Source of the DNA: a virus
Lineage: Duplodnaviria > Caudoviricetes
IMG/VR virus record: IMGVR_UViG_3300029179_000001
Coordinates: 1-61,427 of that record
Strand: one strand, 5' to 3'
Length of the DNA stretch: 61,427 nt
The position numbers were made by a program, and so were the translations under genes. Below, piece after piece: positions 17,566-27,773 of the stretch. Within the stretch, counting starts at the first letter, position 1, and each line of letters opens with the position of its first letter. The notes under the pieces were generated by a model, which worked only from the letters and a program-made list of their open reading frames with translations, ran no database searches and had not been told where the DNA came from.

Positions 17566-20214
17566 TTATGTTGTCCTTGTTCCAATGATGCTGTAGGCGA
17601 CCCCTTGACATGTTGCATCCTGAATTACAGGGGCTTCCGTTTCTAGATAATCATTGACTGCGAAGGTAACTGTTGATGCGAAGCTATAGGAACCAACTGT
17701 GTTGCCTGCAAGGATTGTTCCTGTTCCGATGCTGACTCCATTATTCCTGATCGTCATGACCCAGTTGTTGGTTGGAGCGACATCACATTGGAGAAGAGAG
17801 CCAGGAAGCGAGGAGGCGAGCCTATCCCCCGCGAGCATCGCAACAGCCATCATTATTTCGCCTGCTTCCGGCTTACGGCCGGGAGTAGAGCCACGAAGCT
17901 GTAAGGATTGAGTTATGACTGCAGAGGTTTGATTTACTCCCGAACTGGGGAGAGAGGAGCCTACAACATTGACAGCAACAATAAAATACGTCCAAGCTGA
18001 ACCGCTCGCCACAATGTGATTGTAGCTTGTCGCAAGCCCTTCCCAAATCTTTGCTGCTGAGCCAAATGGCTGTCCAGTTCCAGCTGCTGCCCAAACTTGA
18101 TAGAGGGTTACGTTATCGCCAGCAGCATTCGCTGACCAGCTCAGCGCATTATAGCCTGAACCTGGAGTTGATGAAACTCCTGTTGGAGCTGCCGGGACAC
18201 CGCCTGCTCCTGTCCCGAAACCTTTGCCTGTTGGAATGTACTCATATGCAATCAGACCAGACATGTCCTGAAGGGCATTTTCGAAGATATTGTAGGATTG
18301 AAACTTGAGATAGATCGTTTCACCAATGTACTGAGGCGGAAGATCATACCCAATAGTGCTTCCAGAAGTAAGTGAAACATCAAGAAGTGTGAATTGATCT
18401 CCGCTCTGCCAAGCATCAATATCCGAACCATACAACCCGCGCCTCAAATAAGTAAGGTTGGCAGAATATGTTCCAGTCACAGACACATTTCCGAAAGCAA
18501 TCAATTCCCCATCATTGTCGAGAACGTCAGCAACAGGCTGATCCGCAAGCTGGGAAAGTGTTCTGAATGAATTGGCATCATCATTCGAAACTGCCGTTGG
18601 CGTTGACACGCTTTGAGTCGCATCAATAGAAAGTGTATTGACTAAATCAGGATCAGCTGCGCTCGGAAGCGTAGCAGTCAATAACCCTTGAATCGCTTGC
18701 TGTGTAATTGTTCCAATTTGTAGATAGTTGACACCATCAAATGAAACCCAAACAAAACAACCACCCCAATTGATCCCGCCAGAGGCAGAGATCAAGAGCC
18801 TAGGGACACCTCCTGTGAAAGAGGAGTCAGGCTCAACAACGGAAGGGGTATTGACGTCTCCAGGATCAACATTGCTATTTGGAAAGCCTGTCCCTCCTCC
18901 ACTGCTAACCTCTATTCCTGTTGATGTTCCAATTGTTCCAGGAAACTCCTCAGCGACAACATCCAATCCACCTTCTTCATTTTCCGAAATTGATCTAATC
19001 CGAACAGGGAATTGAGTCAGTCCTATATTCGGATCATTCAACGTCACAATGCTTCCAGGAAGCAAAAGGATGTAGCGATAGCTGAGAGAGAATTCATATG
19101 TGTTACGGATATACGCATTACGTTTCCCGATTAGCTCCGCAATAACAGAACCAACATCAGGATCGCAAACCTCATCCGAGCTAACTGACGAAGCATCGCG
19201 CAAACCAAACTGATCAACAAGAGTTTGGTCCTTGAACTCAACTGGATTTGTTACATAAGCCTTTGTCCTGTCCGTAATTTGAAGACGCAAGCGATTGTAT
19301 GAATCAGCAGGATCAGACCGAACAACCTTGATTGGTGGATCAGTACTGATAACATCTTCTAGTCCAATGTCATATGCGACACTCGTTTCCGGGTTGTATG
19401 TTGCTCCATTTGCCGTAATTGATACATCACCAAGAGGGACAAACTGAATTTGATACCCAGACCAGAATATCCAACTGTTGGTAAGTTGAGCCCAACGGTC
19501 AAGAATGCTGTTCCCATCTTCTTGCGATGAGAGAAGGGGAGAGAAGAAAAGCCCTTGTGCACGGCAATAGTTCGCGTACTGCGTCATTGACGCAAGATCG
19601 CCCGGATCAAGCCCAAGTCCATACTGTGTATTGGTAAGAAGATCATTGATGATGTCAGACATCAAGCAATCAAACGCTGTTGTGCTTCCGAAACCAGGGC
19701 TGGAATGAGAGTAAGCGAACGGAAGCCGGAGCAATTCGAATGAGTTGGTTGGGACTGATGCGCTGCCCCCTAGATCAAACTGCGGACTGGCAACATATGC
19801 GGTCTGAGGATAAGCGCGCGCCTCGCTAGGATAGTTCGAAACAGTATATGACCAAGGAGTTTGACCTGGTGCGCCATCAAAGAAGGTAAGATTCAACCCG
19901 CTCAGAGTTGTCGTATCCTTTGATGACCCTGAATCCCAAACTGTCTGAACGCTATCAACCTCCCCCTCGCACAGAGCAAGGATCATTGCGCAAGAGTATT
20001 CATATTGCCCAGCGCCCTTTCCTCCCCCGCCCTTTCCGCCTTTCCCGCCCTTCTTGCGGCGGCGAAAATTGTTATACCAAATCAAGTTTGGCTCAAGCCT
20101 TCTTGTTCCCCAAAAAATTGCAATGGGAAGATCAAGCTGGGATGTGCCAACTTGAAGTGCAGAGTATTTGACTGGCTTCGCGGTCTTTGGACCTAATCCA
20201 AGAAGAACAGCCAT
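17566..20214 (-). CDS. Central tail tip / host-specificity protein with FN3 domain
   Basis: GGKGG, LALCEG, TAYV, LRRG.YG motifs; FN3-like segment near the C-terminus. Confidence 0.85.
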   Translation of the reverse strand: MAVLLGLGPKTAKPVKYSALQVGTSQLDLPIAIFWGTRRLEPNLIWYNNFRRRKKGGKGGKGGGGKGAGQYEYSCAMILALCEGEVDSVQTVWDSGSSKDTTTLSGLNLTFFDGAPGQTPWSYTVSNYPSEARAYPQTAYVASPQFDLGGSASVPTNSFELLRLPFAYSHSSPGFGSTTAFDCLMSDIINDLLTNTQYGLGLDPGDLASMTQYANYCRAQGLFFSPLLSSQEDGNSILDRWAQLTNSWIFWSGYQIQFVPLGDVSITANGATYNPETSVAYDIGLEDVISTDPPIKVVRSDPADSYNRLRLQITDRTKAYVTNPVEFKDQTLVDQFGLRDASSVSSDEVCDPDVGSVIAELIGKRNAYIRNTYEFSLSYRYILLLPGSIVTLNDPNIGLTQFPVRIRSISENEEGGLDVVAEEFPGTIGTSTGIEVSSGGGTGFPNSNVDPGDVNTPSVVEPDSSFTGGVPRLLISASGGINWGGCFVWVSFDGVNYLQIGTITQQAIQGLLTATLPSAADPDLVNTLSIDATQSVSTPTAVSNDDANSFRTLSQLADQPVADVLDNDGELIAFGNVSVTGTYSANLTYLRRGLYGSDIDAWQSGDQFTLLDVSLTSGSTIGYDLPPQYIGETIYLKFQSYNIFENALQDMSGLIAYEYIPTGKGFGTGAGGVPAAPTGVSSTPGSGYNALSWSANAAGDNVTLYQVWAAAGTGQPFGSAAKIWEGLATSYNHIVASGSAWTYFIVAVNVVGSSLPSSGVNQTSAVITQSLQLRGSTPGRKPEAGEIMMAVAMLAGDRLASSLPGSLLQCDVAPTNNWVMTIRNNGVSIGTGTILAGNTVGSYSFASTVTFAVNDYLETEAPVIQDATCQGVAYSIIGTRTT

Positions 20215-20772
20215 CTAGCTTCCCCAAACATTGAAATACTTAACTGGACGTGGCAACTCTTGATTGGCAGTTGACTTGTAGCCAAGAACAGGCTCATCCA
20301 ACCGGCTTAACAAACAACAGTTTGCTGCAGCATATGCGTGAACAACCTCAAGGTTGTTTACAAGAATGGCGCCGTGAGAGTAACAACGGCCAAATTGAAA
20401 AACGACAATGTCTGCGAGCCTGGGCTTATCAATCTCAACACCGCCAAGCTTCTTTATCCAGTCAAGGAATAGTTCTTGATCCTTGTGAACATGCCAGCGT
20501 GGAGGATATGGCCGGGGATCAAAATCAGGAAGCCTTCCAGCATCAACATAGCAACGCTTCAAGAGCATTGCACAATCGATAGCTCCATCCTTTCCCTTGA
20601 TGTCTCCGCAATCAACAAATGGGGTGCCAATCCAAGAGAAGGCTTCCTGGATAATGGCGAGCCTTCCTTGAGCCTCTTTCGAAGATGAAAACTCATGAAC
20701 CTCCTGCTTGCGCCCGCGCGTAACAGTAAGCAAGTTGTCATGTAGAGTTATTCTTTGATACTGTTCCATCAT
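20215..20772 (-). CDS. NlpC/P60 tail-associated peptidase
   Basis: WIGTPF...G...IDCA...SHGAI...VHAY. Confidence 0.88.
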   Translation of the reverse strand: MMEQYQRITLHDNLLTVTRGRKQEVHEFSSSKEAQGRLAIIQEAFSWIGTPFVDCGDIKGKDGAIDCAMLLKRCYVDAGRLPDFDPRPYPPRWHVHKDQELFLDWIKKLGGVEIDKPRLADIVVFQFGRCYSHGAILVNNLEVVHAYAAANCCLLSRLDEPVLGYKSTANQELPRPVKYFNVWGS

Positions 20773-20774
20773 AG

Positions 20775-21650
20775 CTAGTATGCCGCATCTGGTGGAGGGA
20801 CAAACTCATATGCTCTGAAGTTTTCTTCATTCAGAAGGGAGGAGCATCGTGAAAATGATTTGTCACACCCCTCGAACGCTGTATATGAATCCCCTGCGAG
20901 TGGAGTGTAATACATCGGATAGGAAAGGGTTAGGCCGCTTGTGCTTGAAGCAGCAATGTTGCGCTTTTGTCCGCTGTTCAACCCTGTTGTAAAGGTGACT
21001 GTTCCGAACTTGTAAAGTGCCCAGTTACCAGGGGCAGCACCATTCCAAGGGATAAAGAAACGTGTGGGAGAAGGGCCGACTATCTGGGATGTGGTGAATG
21101 TAGCCCTGTTAAGGGTGCAGTTCACATCGCAAAAGCTTCTGAGGCAAAGGGTTTGATAGACGTTTCGGGGAACATTTTGAGTTAGCAGGTTGTTCTTGCC
21201 CTTGACTGTGATTACTGCCTTACCTCCATCGAGGTTTACCGCTCCAACAGTTCCACCGAACAAGTCAACAGAGCCCAACGTTGTAATGTCTCCCGGCGTA
21301 GTCATGTAAGCCCGGCGCAGGTTGAATGCTGCTCCATCAAGAAGCCCATTGTGTATCTGAAGCTTGATGTTAGCTCCTCCATCGAAATCCGTATTGAGCG
21401 CCATCAGCGTAACATCCATGGTTGGAATGGCCATTGTATTTTCAACACTCCATGAGGAGCGCTTCAACCAAGGATTACGTGATGAAAATGTATTCAGTCC
21501 TTCAACAAGATCAGTTGGCCAGCCTGTCCAGCGATATGTTGTTGATCCATCAACAAGGGTAAACTCGAACAAGTCAGCTGACCAAAGTTCCACCCCTCCT
21601 TGTAGAGCTAAGGCAAGACCAGCAGAGCAAGGCCGGAGAAAAGCAGGCAT
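20775..21650 (-). CDS. Baseplate hub protein (DUF2163 / BR0599-like)
   Basis: C....CD..C and GCDK....C....N..NF Fe-S-type Cys motifs. Confidence 0.85.
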   Translation of the reverse strand: MPAFLRPCSAGLALALQGGVELWSADLFEFTLVDGSTTYRWTGWPTDLVEGLNTFSSRNPWLKRSSWSVENTMAIPTMDVTLMALNTDFDGGANIKLQIHNGLLDGAAFNLRRAYMTTPGDITTLGSVDLFGGTVGAVNLDGGKAVITVKGKNNLLTQNVPRNVYQTLCLRSFCDVNCTLNRATFTTSQIVGPSPTRFFIPWNGAAPGNWALYKFGTVTFTTGLNSGQKRNIAASSTSGLTLSYPMYYTPLAGDSYTAFEGCDKSFSRCSSLLNEENFRAYEFVPPPDAAY

Positions 21651-21651
21651 A

Positions 21652-22533
21652 TCAGGCTCCTGGCCGGCATGATTGAATACGGATACTACTCAATTGCCAA
21701 AGCTGATTCATAAACTTTTCGAATGAACTGATGTTGTCTGCAAAGCGGCAATAGTAAAAATAGCTGCAATCAATTGTGATGACTTGAGAAGCAGAGGGAG
21801 CAGCAAAAAACTTGATCATGATGTTCCCAGGAGTGGATTGATCTAGCTCCCAGATTGATGATGACTGTTCGACCCCATTAAGATAGACACGGACAGGCGA
21901 TGTAGTGTCCACATAACCGATTGGCTCAATACCGACATTGTCTCCAGAGCCGAATGTCCGTTTGATAGGACCATACAATGTGCTGGTCCCATTTGTTGTT
22001 CCTACGTTCTCTGCTATCGTTTGATAGTCATCAACGTTCTTAAAGAGGAAGCGCCCGACAGTCCCTCCAAGCCTCAAGAAGAAACCCATCATGCGTTTGA
22101 ATTCGTTTTGTCCCAGTCCATCACGCAAGAACTCATAGATGAGTTCAAATTCATGTGTTGGAGTATCCGCATAAGCAAGATCAATCTGAGCTCCACTTGC
22201 GGTGATCTGCGTTGGCATGTTGTAGAAGGTTGGCATCCACTTTACGTTGAATGCCAATCCAGGAAGGTTCTGTGGATAGATTGGAAGCATTGGAGCCTCT
22301 ATGTTGACTTGTAGAACCTCAATTACAAACTGAGACACATAGGTGAAAGGTGACGCGGTGTTGAATGACTCGATGACCTCTTGCGAGACATAGGCAAAAG
22401 GAGACGCGGTGTTGAGTGACTCGATGACCTCTTGCGAGACATATGTATAGAGCAGATTGAAGTATGGCTGAGGCTTACGATCCCCAACACCCCTCCAAGG
22501 TCCAAATCTAGCAAAGCCAAACGGAATAGGCAT
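21652..22533 (-). CDS. Distal tail protein (DUF2460-like) with repeat-bearing N-terminal extension
   Basis: GFF...GG....FLF and Y.CRF.D motifs; three YVSQ.VIE repeats. Confidence 0.8.
   Translation of the reverse strand: MPIPFGFARFGPWRGVGDRKPQPYFNLLYTYVSQEVIESLNTASPFAYVSQEVIESFNTASPFTYVSQFVIEVLQVNIEAPMLPIYPQNLPGLAFNVKWMPTFYNMPTQITASGAQIDLAYADTPTHEFELIYEFLRDGLGQNEFKRMMGFFLRLGGTVGRFLFKNVDDYQTIAENVGTTNGTSTLYGPIKRTFGSGDNVGIEPIGYVDTTSPVRVYLNGVEQSSSIWELDQSTPGNIMIKFFAAPSASQVITIDCSYFYYCRFADNISSFEKFMNQLWQLSSIRIQSCRPGA
22335..22443. repeat. 51-bp period tandem repeat in the distal tail gene
   Basis: GACGCGGTGTTGA.TGACTCGATGACCTCTTGCGAGACATA at 22352 and 22403. Confidence 0.9.
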
Positions 22534-22534
22534 A

Positions 22535-23629
22535 TCATGCGATCAACTTGTAGCCTGCAGCTAGTCCATTCACATCAAGAATAGTCCAATTCAAAAGTGT
22601 ATTCGGATTCAGCACCCACAGATCGACAAAATACGTATATTCCCCATCAGGAACATTGTGATTGATCGTTGCAGGATACTTGATGGCTGATATTTCGAGA
22701 CGCTGACTGATTGTCCGGACAAGCGCATCATCCTTCCTATAAGCCCCAGTCAGTTGAATAGCGTGAACGTTAGTTACCCCTGCAGGAAGGGTCTCAAAGG
22801 CAAAAATATCCTCCGCACTAACCGTCAATGTCCGGTTATACGTTGTATCACTATCCATTGCTTGTTCATCGATCATCGCATAGTTCAAAATGCCTGTCTT
22901 AGGAAGCCATTGAACAGAGTTATCTCCCGTTGCCCAGAGTGTGCTGACCTTTGCATCCCCAATTGGAGAATTAGCTGGTGCCGCTCCCGGCCCATTGGTT
23001 GTGTCTCCAAAATAGTGATCATCGATAATGATCGCATCAAAATTATCTGTTGGATATAACTCCCACATATCCCACCAAGCAAAGGCGCTTTCTTGCGTAT
23101 CAACTCCCGTTATGTCACAAACAAGATTGTTGTTGAAATAAACTTTAACGCCGCCCGCACCATTGCTGATTGTCGGCCAAATCTCAAAATAGTTCCACGT
23201 CCCTCCGTACCATACATTATTAGGACTAGTTCCAATTGGAGTTAGAGGGATCGATGCACCAGGAACAAAAAATCCATGATACAGCTGAATAGAATAACTG
23301 AGTGGATTAAATGCTACAGTGCATTGAACTTCATTCATTGTAGTATCATAGAAAGCGAAATTCATCCCGATGTTTGTTCCCAGATAAACTGCCAATCCGA
23401 AAAAATTGTTTGAGTTCCTGTTCCCTCCATATGAACAATACAATCCGTGGTTATTTCCTGCAGAAGTGCTTTCAAAGGAAAATGCTTTCCCAAATCCATT
23501 CCGTCCAGTTACAAAAAGTGCGTTAATAATTCCACCCAATGGACGCTGATATTGGATAGAAGAGGAGCGCTGCTCCATATCATCAATAGAATTGTAATGA
23601 TCGAAGCCATCAAATCCTAACAGAGCCAT
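22535..23629 (-). CDS. Tail-associated lectin/ConA-like protein (paralog of 16510-17565)
   Basis: DGFDHY start; motifs shared with 16510-17565. Confidence 0.7.
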   Translation of the reverse strand: MALLGFDGFDHYNSIDDMEQRSSSIQYQRPLGGIINALFVTGRNGFGKAFSFESTSAGNNHGLYCSYGGNRNSNNFFGLAVYLGTNIGMNFAFYDTTMNEVQCTVAFNPLSYSIQLYHGFFVPGASIPLTPIGTSPNNVWYGGTWNYFEIWPTISNGAGGVKVYFNNNLVCDITGVDTQESAFAWWDMWELYPTDNFDAIIIDDHYFGDTTNGPGAAPANSPIGDAKVSTLWATGDNSVQWLPKTGILNYAMIDEQAMDSDTTYNRTLTVSAEDIFAFETLPAGVTNVHAIQLTGAYRKDDALVRTISQRLEISAIKYPATINHNVPDGEYTYFVDLWVLNPNTLLNWTILDVNGLAAGYKLIA

Positions 23630-23638
23630 CTCAGCACC

Positions 23639-25951
23639 TTATGTAAACTTGAGCATGCCATTACGCTTTTGTTTCATCAACCAGCCCATCATCGCACGCC
23701 CTTCATCAGCCAGCTGTTGTTCAAGAGACTTAGCATTCTGAGAGTTGATTGTTGGGCTATAGGTAAGGTTGTTGTCCCCTCCCTTATTCATATCGCCACC
23801 GCGTGAAATGATGTTAGTCAAGCCTTTCGAAATGTTGGATGGAAGGACTTGTTCATCCTTGTGCGCAAAGACCAGCCTGTCCCGATCAACAACCATTCCT
23901 TTTTCAGCGAAAGCGAGCCCTTGATAAGACATCGCTCCTGCATAAGCTGCTGCGCCTGCTGCTGGGGCTGCTGCTGGGCCTGTTATCGGGATTGCGGCCG
24001 TTGAGGCGAAAGCGGCTGCGCCTGCTTGCGCTGCTGAAGCGGCAATCGATGATGATGCTGCCACACTTTCAGTCGCCTTAGTGATAAACAACTTTTCAAT
24101 ACTGGTGGTAAGCCAGTTTGTTAGAAGCTCAATTCCCATATCAATGAATGAGTCAACAACACTATCGATAATTGATCCCAGGGCTTCCTTCCAGGTCATT
24201 GTTCCGTGAATCATTCCCTTGATTGCGTTGCCAAATGATCCCGTCACAGAGGAAAGCATCCCTTTCCAAGACTGAGAGCTATTGGTCGCAGTTTCCTTGA
24301 CATCTTTCTCGATGGCATTGTTGGCTGCCTTAACGTCCTTGACCTTTTGGTCCTGTTGTAACTTGTGATCCTTGACTGCCGCTGCACCAATGGCCTTTGA
24401 CTTGGTTGCTCCTTGCGCCTCGATTTGTCCAATCTCTTGCTGATGCTTTAGCTCAAGCAGCTTAAGTTCATCGAGCGCCTTCTGTTTTGCAAGGGTATCG
24501 TTTCCAGCTAGCTGAACCTTGCGTTCTAGGGCTTGACGGGCGGATTGATACTCTGCGTCCGAAATCTCCTTGGCGCGTGCCTTGTGTTGCTGGGCATTGA
24601 TCTTGCCAAGTGCTAGATCATTATCGTTTGACTGCTTTGCAATCTGTTCCTTGATCTGAGCTGTCTCACGATCAGTTTGAATTTCTTGCTGCTTGAATTT
24701 CTTGTATAGCTGAACTTGTTCATCCTGCTGCTTGCCTCCTGACTTACTTTCATTGTCTGCTGGAGTAAATTCCTTGCTCCCACCTTTCCCCGGAACAACA
24801 ACATCCTTGTTACGCAAATCCGTTTCGCTGAAATCCCCATAGATGGACTTGATGTTGGATACAGTATCCTTAGCCCCCTGTTCCATGTTCTTGAAACGGG
24901 CATCTAGGTCTGATCCAATCTTTCCGAATGAATTGCTGATTGTTTGTCCAGCACCTTCAAAGTCTCCACTCAATGCTTGATTGAGAGCGCCACCCATATT
25001 GGCTGCAGCTTGAAGAGAGTTCAAGATTGCTTCAGCAGCACCAATCGCTACCTGTGCTGTTTGATAGAATGCACCAGCCAACATTTCTAGGAAGGCGATG
25101 ATGTCTTGAATGACTGGGAGAATAGCTAGAAGGGCTTCCTTGAGAGGCCCTGCCATCATTTCCATCCAATGAGTAAGTGTCGGCAAAAGCATTTCACCAA
25201 TGCGTGTGGAAAATGCTTCTGTTATATCCCCTAGTTCATTTTGTGCATTGGAGAAGGCTTGTGCCTGTTCTGCAGCACCACTTGTACGTATTCCAAACTC
25301 CTCAACAAGGCGAGCCGAGTTTTCAAGCTCAGCATTAGTCAGCCTCATGTAATCATAAACTTGAGATGCAGAGCGCCCAAAGACTTCAAGAGCAAAACTG
25401 TTTTGATCAACACCGCTCTTATAAGTCTGCATTGTGGAAATGGCTGATTGCATCAAGTCCCTGCCCTGAAGCAAGGCACCATTTGCATCACGTGTTTTCA
25501 TTCCGTATGACTGCCAAGCCTGCTCACTTGTTTTGAGCCGCTGAGTCATACGCATTACCATGCCAGTATAGTCTTCAAGGCTCTTTCCCGTTTGATCGAG
25601 GGAAAGCCTCAATGCAGCAACATTCTTGTATGAATCACCGAGGATTGCCGCTGCCTTTTGATTCTCCAATGCAAAGTCACGTGCATGAGTGACTGTTTGT
25701 ACGAAGGCTTGCCCAAGGTTCTTGAGCATGGCGATGGCTGCGTCTCCCGCTGCAACCAGCGCTCCGCCAATCACCCCACCAGCAAGACCAGTTAGAAAGT
25801 TTCCGAGATTTTGACCGCTTGATGTAACCCCCGAAAATGAACTGCGAATGCGGTCCATAGCGGATTGAACGGTGTTTCCTGCTCCGCTCATCGATGAGTT
25901 TAGCTGGTCAGTTTTACCAACTACCTCAACTTGAATTTTTTCATCAGCCAT
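23639..25951 (-). CDS. Tape measure protein
   Basis: 770 aa, Ala/Gln-rich helical protein between chaperones and distal tail gene. Confidence 0.88.
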   Translation of the reverse strand: MADEKIQVEVVGKTDQLNSSMSGAGNTVQSAMDRIRSSFSGVTSSGQNLGNFLTGLAGGVIGGALVAAGDAAIAMLKNLGQAFVQTVTHARDFALENQKAAAILGDSYKNVAALRLSLDQTGKSLEDYTGMVMRMTQRLKTSEQAWQSYGMKTRDANGALLQGRDLMQSAISTMQTYKSGVDQNSFALEVFGRSASQVYDYMRLTNAELENSARLVEEFGIRTSGAAEQAQAFSNAQNELGDITEAFSTRIGEMLLPTLTHWMEMMAGPLKEALLAILPVIQDIIAFLEMLAGAFYQTAQVAIGAAEAILNSLQAAANMGGALNQALSGDFEGAGQTISNSFGKIGSDLDARFKNMEQGAKDTVSNIKSIYGDFSETDLRNKDVVVPGKGGSKEFTPADNESKSGGKQQDEQVQLYKKFKQQEIQTDRETAQIKEQIAKQSNDNDLALGKINAQQHKARAKEISDAEYQSARQALERKVQLAGNDTLAKQKALDELKLLELKHQQEIGQIEAQGATKSKAIGAAAVKDHKLQQDQKVKDVKAANNAIEKDVKETATNSSQSWKGMLSSVTGSFGNAIKGMIHGTMTWKEALGSIIDSVVDSFIDMGIELLTNWLTTSIEKLFITKATESVAASSSIAASAAQAGAAAFASTAAIPITGPAAAPAAGAAAYAGAMSYQGLAFAEKGMVVDRDRLVFAHKDEQVLPSNISKGLTNIISRGGDMNKGGDNNLTYSPTINSQNAKSLEQQLADEGRAMMGWLMKQKRNGMLKFT

Positions 25952-26165
25952 CGATATGGACCCTTAAGACACGTCCGCTTATCCGGTTAGCTCCTAACCC
26001 CACTTCCCTACACAGGGAAAAGGCCAGGGAATTTCACCCCCCGCAAGAAATCTAAGGGAGGGGTGTACCCTACCCTGTCCGGGAACTCCACACACTCCTA
26101 CGCTGTCGCGCGATGAAAACGATTACGTAGCGTAAGAACATCTCAAAAGAGAAGGACCAGAGACA

Positions 26166-26211
26166 GGAAAAGCCCACCCAGCGCCGGGATAGAACGGGAT
26201 GGGATGGGCTT
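26166..26211 (-). terminator. Intrinsic terminator candidate between chaperone and tape measure genes
   Basis: AAGCCCA..TGGGCTT stem ending in a T run on the minus strand. Confidence 0.5.
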
Positions 26212-26212
26212 C

Positions 26213-26545
26213 TCAGTTGATAGATATTTTTCCACTTGGGAACATTTGGAATAGCTCCTGAACCTGAGATTGCGTCAAACGCTGTTTCTTCGGATGAGCA
26301 ACTTCAGGATCGCCAACATTCATTGGGGCAGCAACCTCTAAGCGAGGGGGATCAGATTTCTTTTCATAACCAAGCCACGCTGCCATAAGAACATCGCTGG
26401 GAGGAACTTCACGCCAGTAAGCTTCCAGCGCTTCCATCTGCGGCATAGTGAGATTGTTCTCGATATAATCCCAAGTCCATCCCGTTCTCAGGGCAAATCG
26501 AGCGATGATCTCATCCCAGTCTATGCCGCTATCGCTTCCCCCTTT
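26213..26545 (-). CDS. Tail assembly chaperone GT, -1 frameshift portion
   Basis: Frame open from the slippery site (GIDWDEIIARF...TGWTWDYI) into ORF 26213-26446. Confidence 0.8.
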   Translation of the reverse strand, partial: KGGSDSGIDWDEIIARFALRTGWTWDYIENNLTMPQMEALEAYWREVPPSDVLMAAWLGYEKKSDPPRLEVAAPMNVGDPEVAHPKKQRLTQSQVQELFQMFPSGKISIN

Positions 26546-26961
26546 TGTTTCTCGCCTTCCCTAGGCGCACGCAGGACGCCCGTTTGTTTCGCAAGGATCA
26601 GGATTGCATCGATCATTTCGAACGTCCCAATAGGCATGTTCTCCACTTCCTCCAGCGTAATATCCGGGTGTCCCCGCTTGAGACCGTGATAGATCGCGCG
26701 TGTAATACTGTCGATGTTTTTTTCAGTTAGAACCTCTGACAGCTTCTCAAGGTCAGCAACTGACTTTGGGTATTCAATCCCATCATCGTCTTTGACCATA
26801 ATTGTCGTGTAGCTGGCGGTGATCTTTGGAACAATGTAAAGCAGTAAAGGCACAACAGTCCTATTCTGCTTTGGAGCGAGCATCGGAACAGGCCAATGCT
26901 TTCCATCAAGGATGAGGGTTGGAAGGCCCTCATCCAGAAGTGCTTTGTTCGGTTCAGTCAT
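26521..26961 (-). CDS. Tail assembly chaperone G
   Basis: Between tail tube and tape measure genes; slippery A AAG GGG at 26545-26539. Confidence 0.8.
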   Translation of the reverse strand: MTEPNKALLDEGLPTLILDGKHWPVPMLAPKQNRTVVPLLLYIVPKITASYTTIMVKDDDGIEYPKSVADLEKLSEVLTEKNIDSITRAIYHGLKRGHPDITLEEVENMPIGTFEMIDAILILAKQTGVLRAPREGEKQKGEAIAA

Positions 26962-26987
26962 GGGTTTCCTCCCTGTTAGTGGTTAGG

Positions 26988-27758
26988 TTACTCGTTGGTT
27001 GAAATCGATCCCCAGTTGTTGGCCTGATCGGCGAATGCCGTGAAATCGAATTCACTGATTGTGTAATCGATATTCTTGAACGGCATCGTCATCTTCGATG
27101 ACCGGCAGGCATTCAACTTGAGGTACAGGTAGTTGGTCTGGCCGGCATTGTTGGTGTAGACCTCCTGCAAGTTGAGCTCGAAAGAGGGGCCTGTTCCCAT
27201 CAGCTTGTTGTCCATGCTGATCTGCTTGAGGTTGGTGACTGTGTAATTGTAGTAGATCAAGACCCCAACAGCTTGATCAGCAGCCGCAAAGGTATAGACC
27301 CCTTGTCCTGGAGTTATGTCATCAACACTGTACTGTCCAACAGCCGGGGCAGAAGCAACACGGATCAGTTGAACGCCAGATGAGGCATAGAACACGCCCA
27401 AATCATTCTGGAACGTAGCGTTCTGAGCCACAGTGATCGTGTAAGGGCCGGGAGTAGCGGGGATGGTTGCAGCCTCAGCAATCGACATCCGCTCACCAGC
27501 GCTCAGCGTAACACTGTCGCCAAGAAACAAGTCATTGATCGTGTAGGCGCTGATGCGGGCGAATTTGGCCTTGCCCGTAACCTTGAGTTGAGCAGGTGCC
27601 ACATCCACAGGCATCTTGTACTGGCCCATGAGCTCCTTGAGGGTCTGATCAAAGCTGATGTCCACTTCCTGGAGAATGCCGAGGAAAGAGGGAGTTGGGT
27701 TCGACACGTCAGTACGGCGTCCAATCGCTGTGCCAACGCCAAAGTTGATCGAGGTCAT
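26988..27758 (-). CDS. Major tail tube protein
   Basis: Position, size and strong RBS; C-terminal F...D....EFDF.AF pattern. Confidence 0.8.
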   Translation of the reverse strand: MTSINFGVGTAIGRRTDVSNPTPSFLGILQEVDISFDQTLKELMGQYKMPVDVAPAQLKVTGKAKFARISAYTINDLFLGDSVTLSAGERMSIAEAATIPATPGPYTITVAQNATFQNDLGVFYASSGVQLIRVASAPAVGQYSVDDITPGQGVYTFAAADQAVGVLIYYNYTVTNLKQISMDNKLMGTGPSFELNLQEVYTNNAGQTNYLYLKLNACRSSKMTMPFKNIDYTISEFDFTAFADQANNWGSISTNE

Positions 27759-27773
27759 TGTAGTCTCCTTGGT

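Noticed and set aside
22335-22443. CRISPR-like array
   Set aside because: These are in-frame coding tandem repeats with no unique spacers, and no cas genes are present.
15276-23629. Diversity-generating retroelement or invertible tail-fibre switch
   Set aside because: No reverse transcriptase or invertase is present, and I saw no near-identical template/variable repeat pair differing at adenines.
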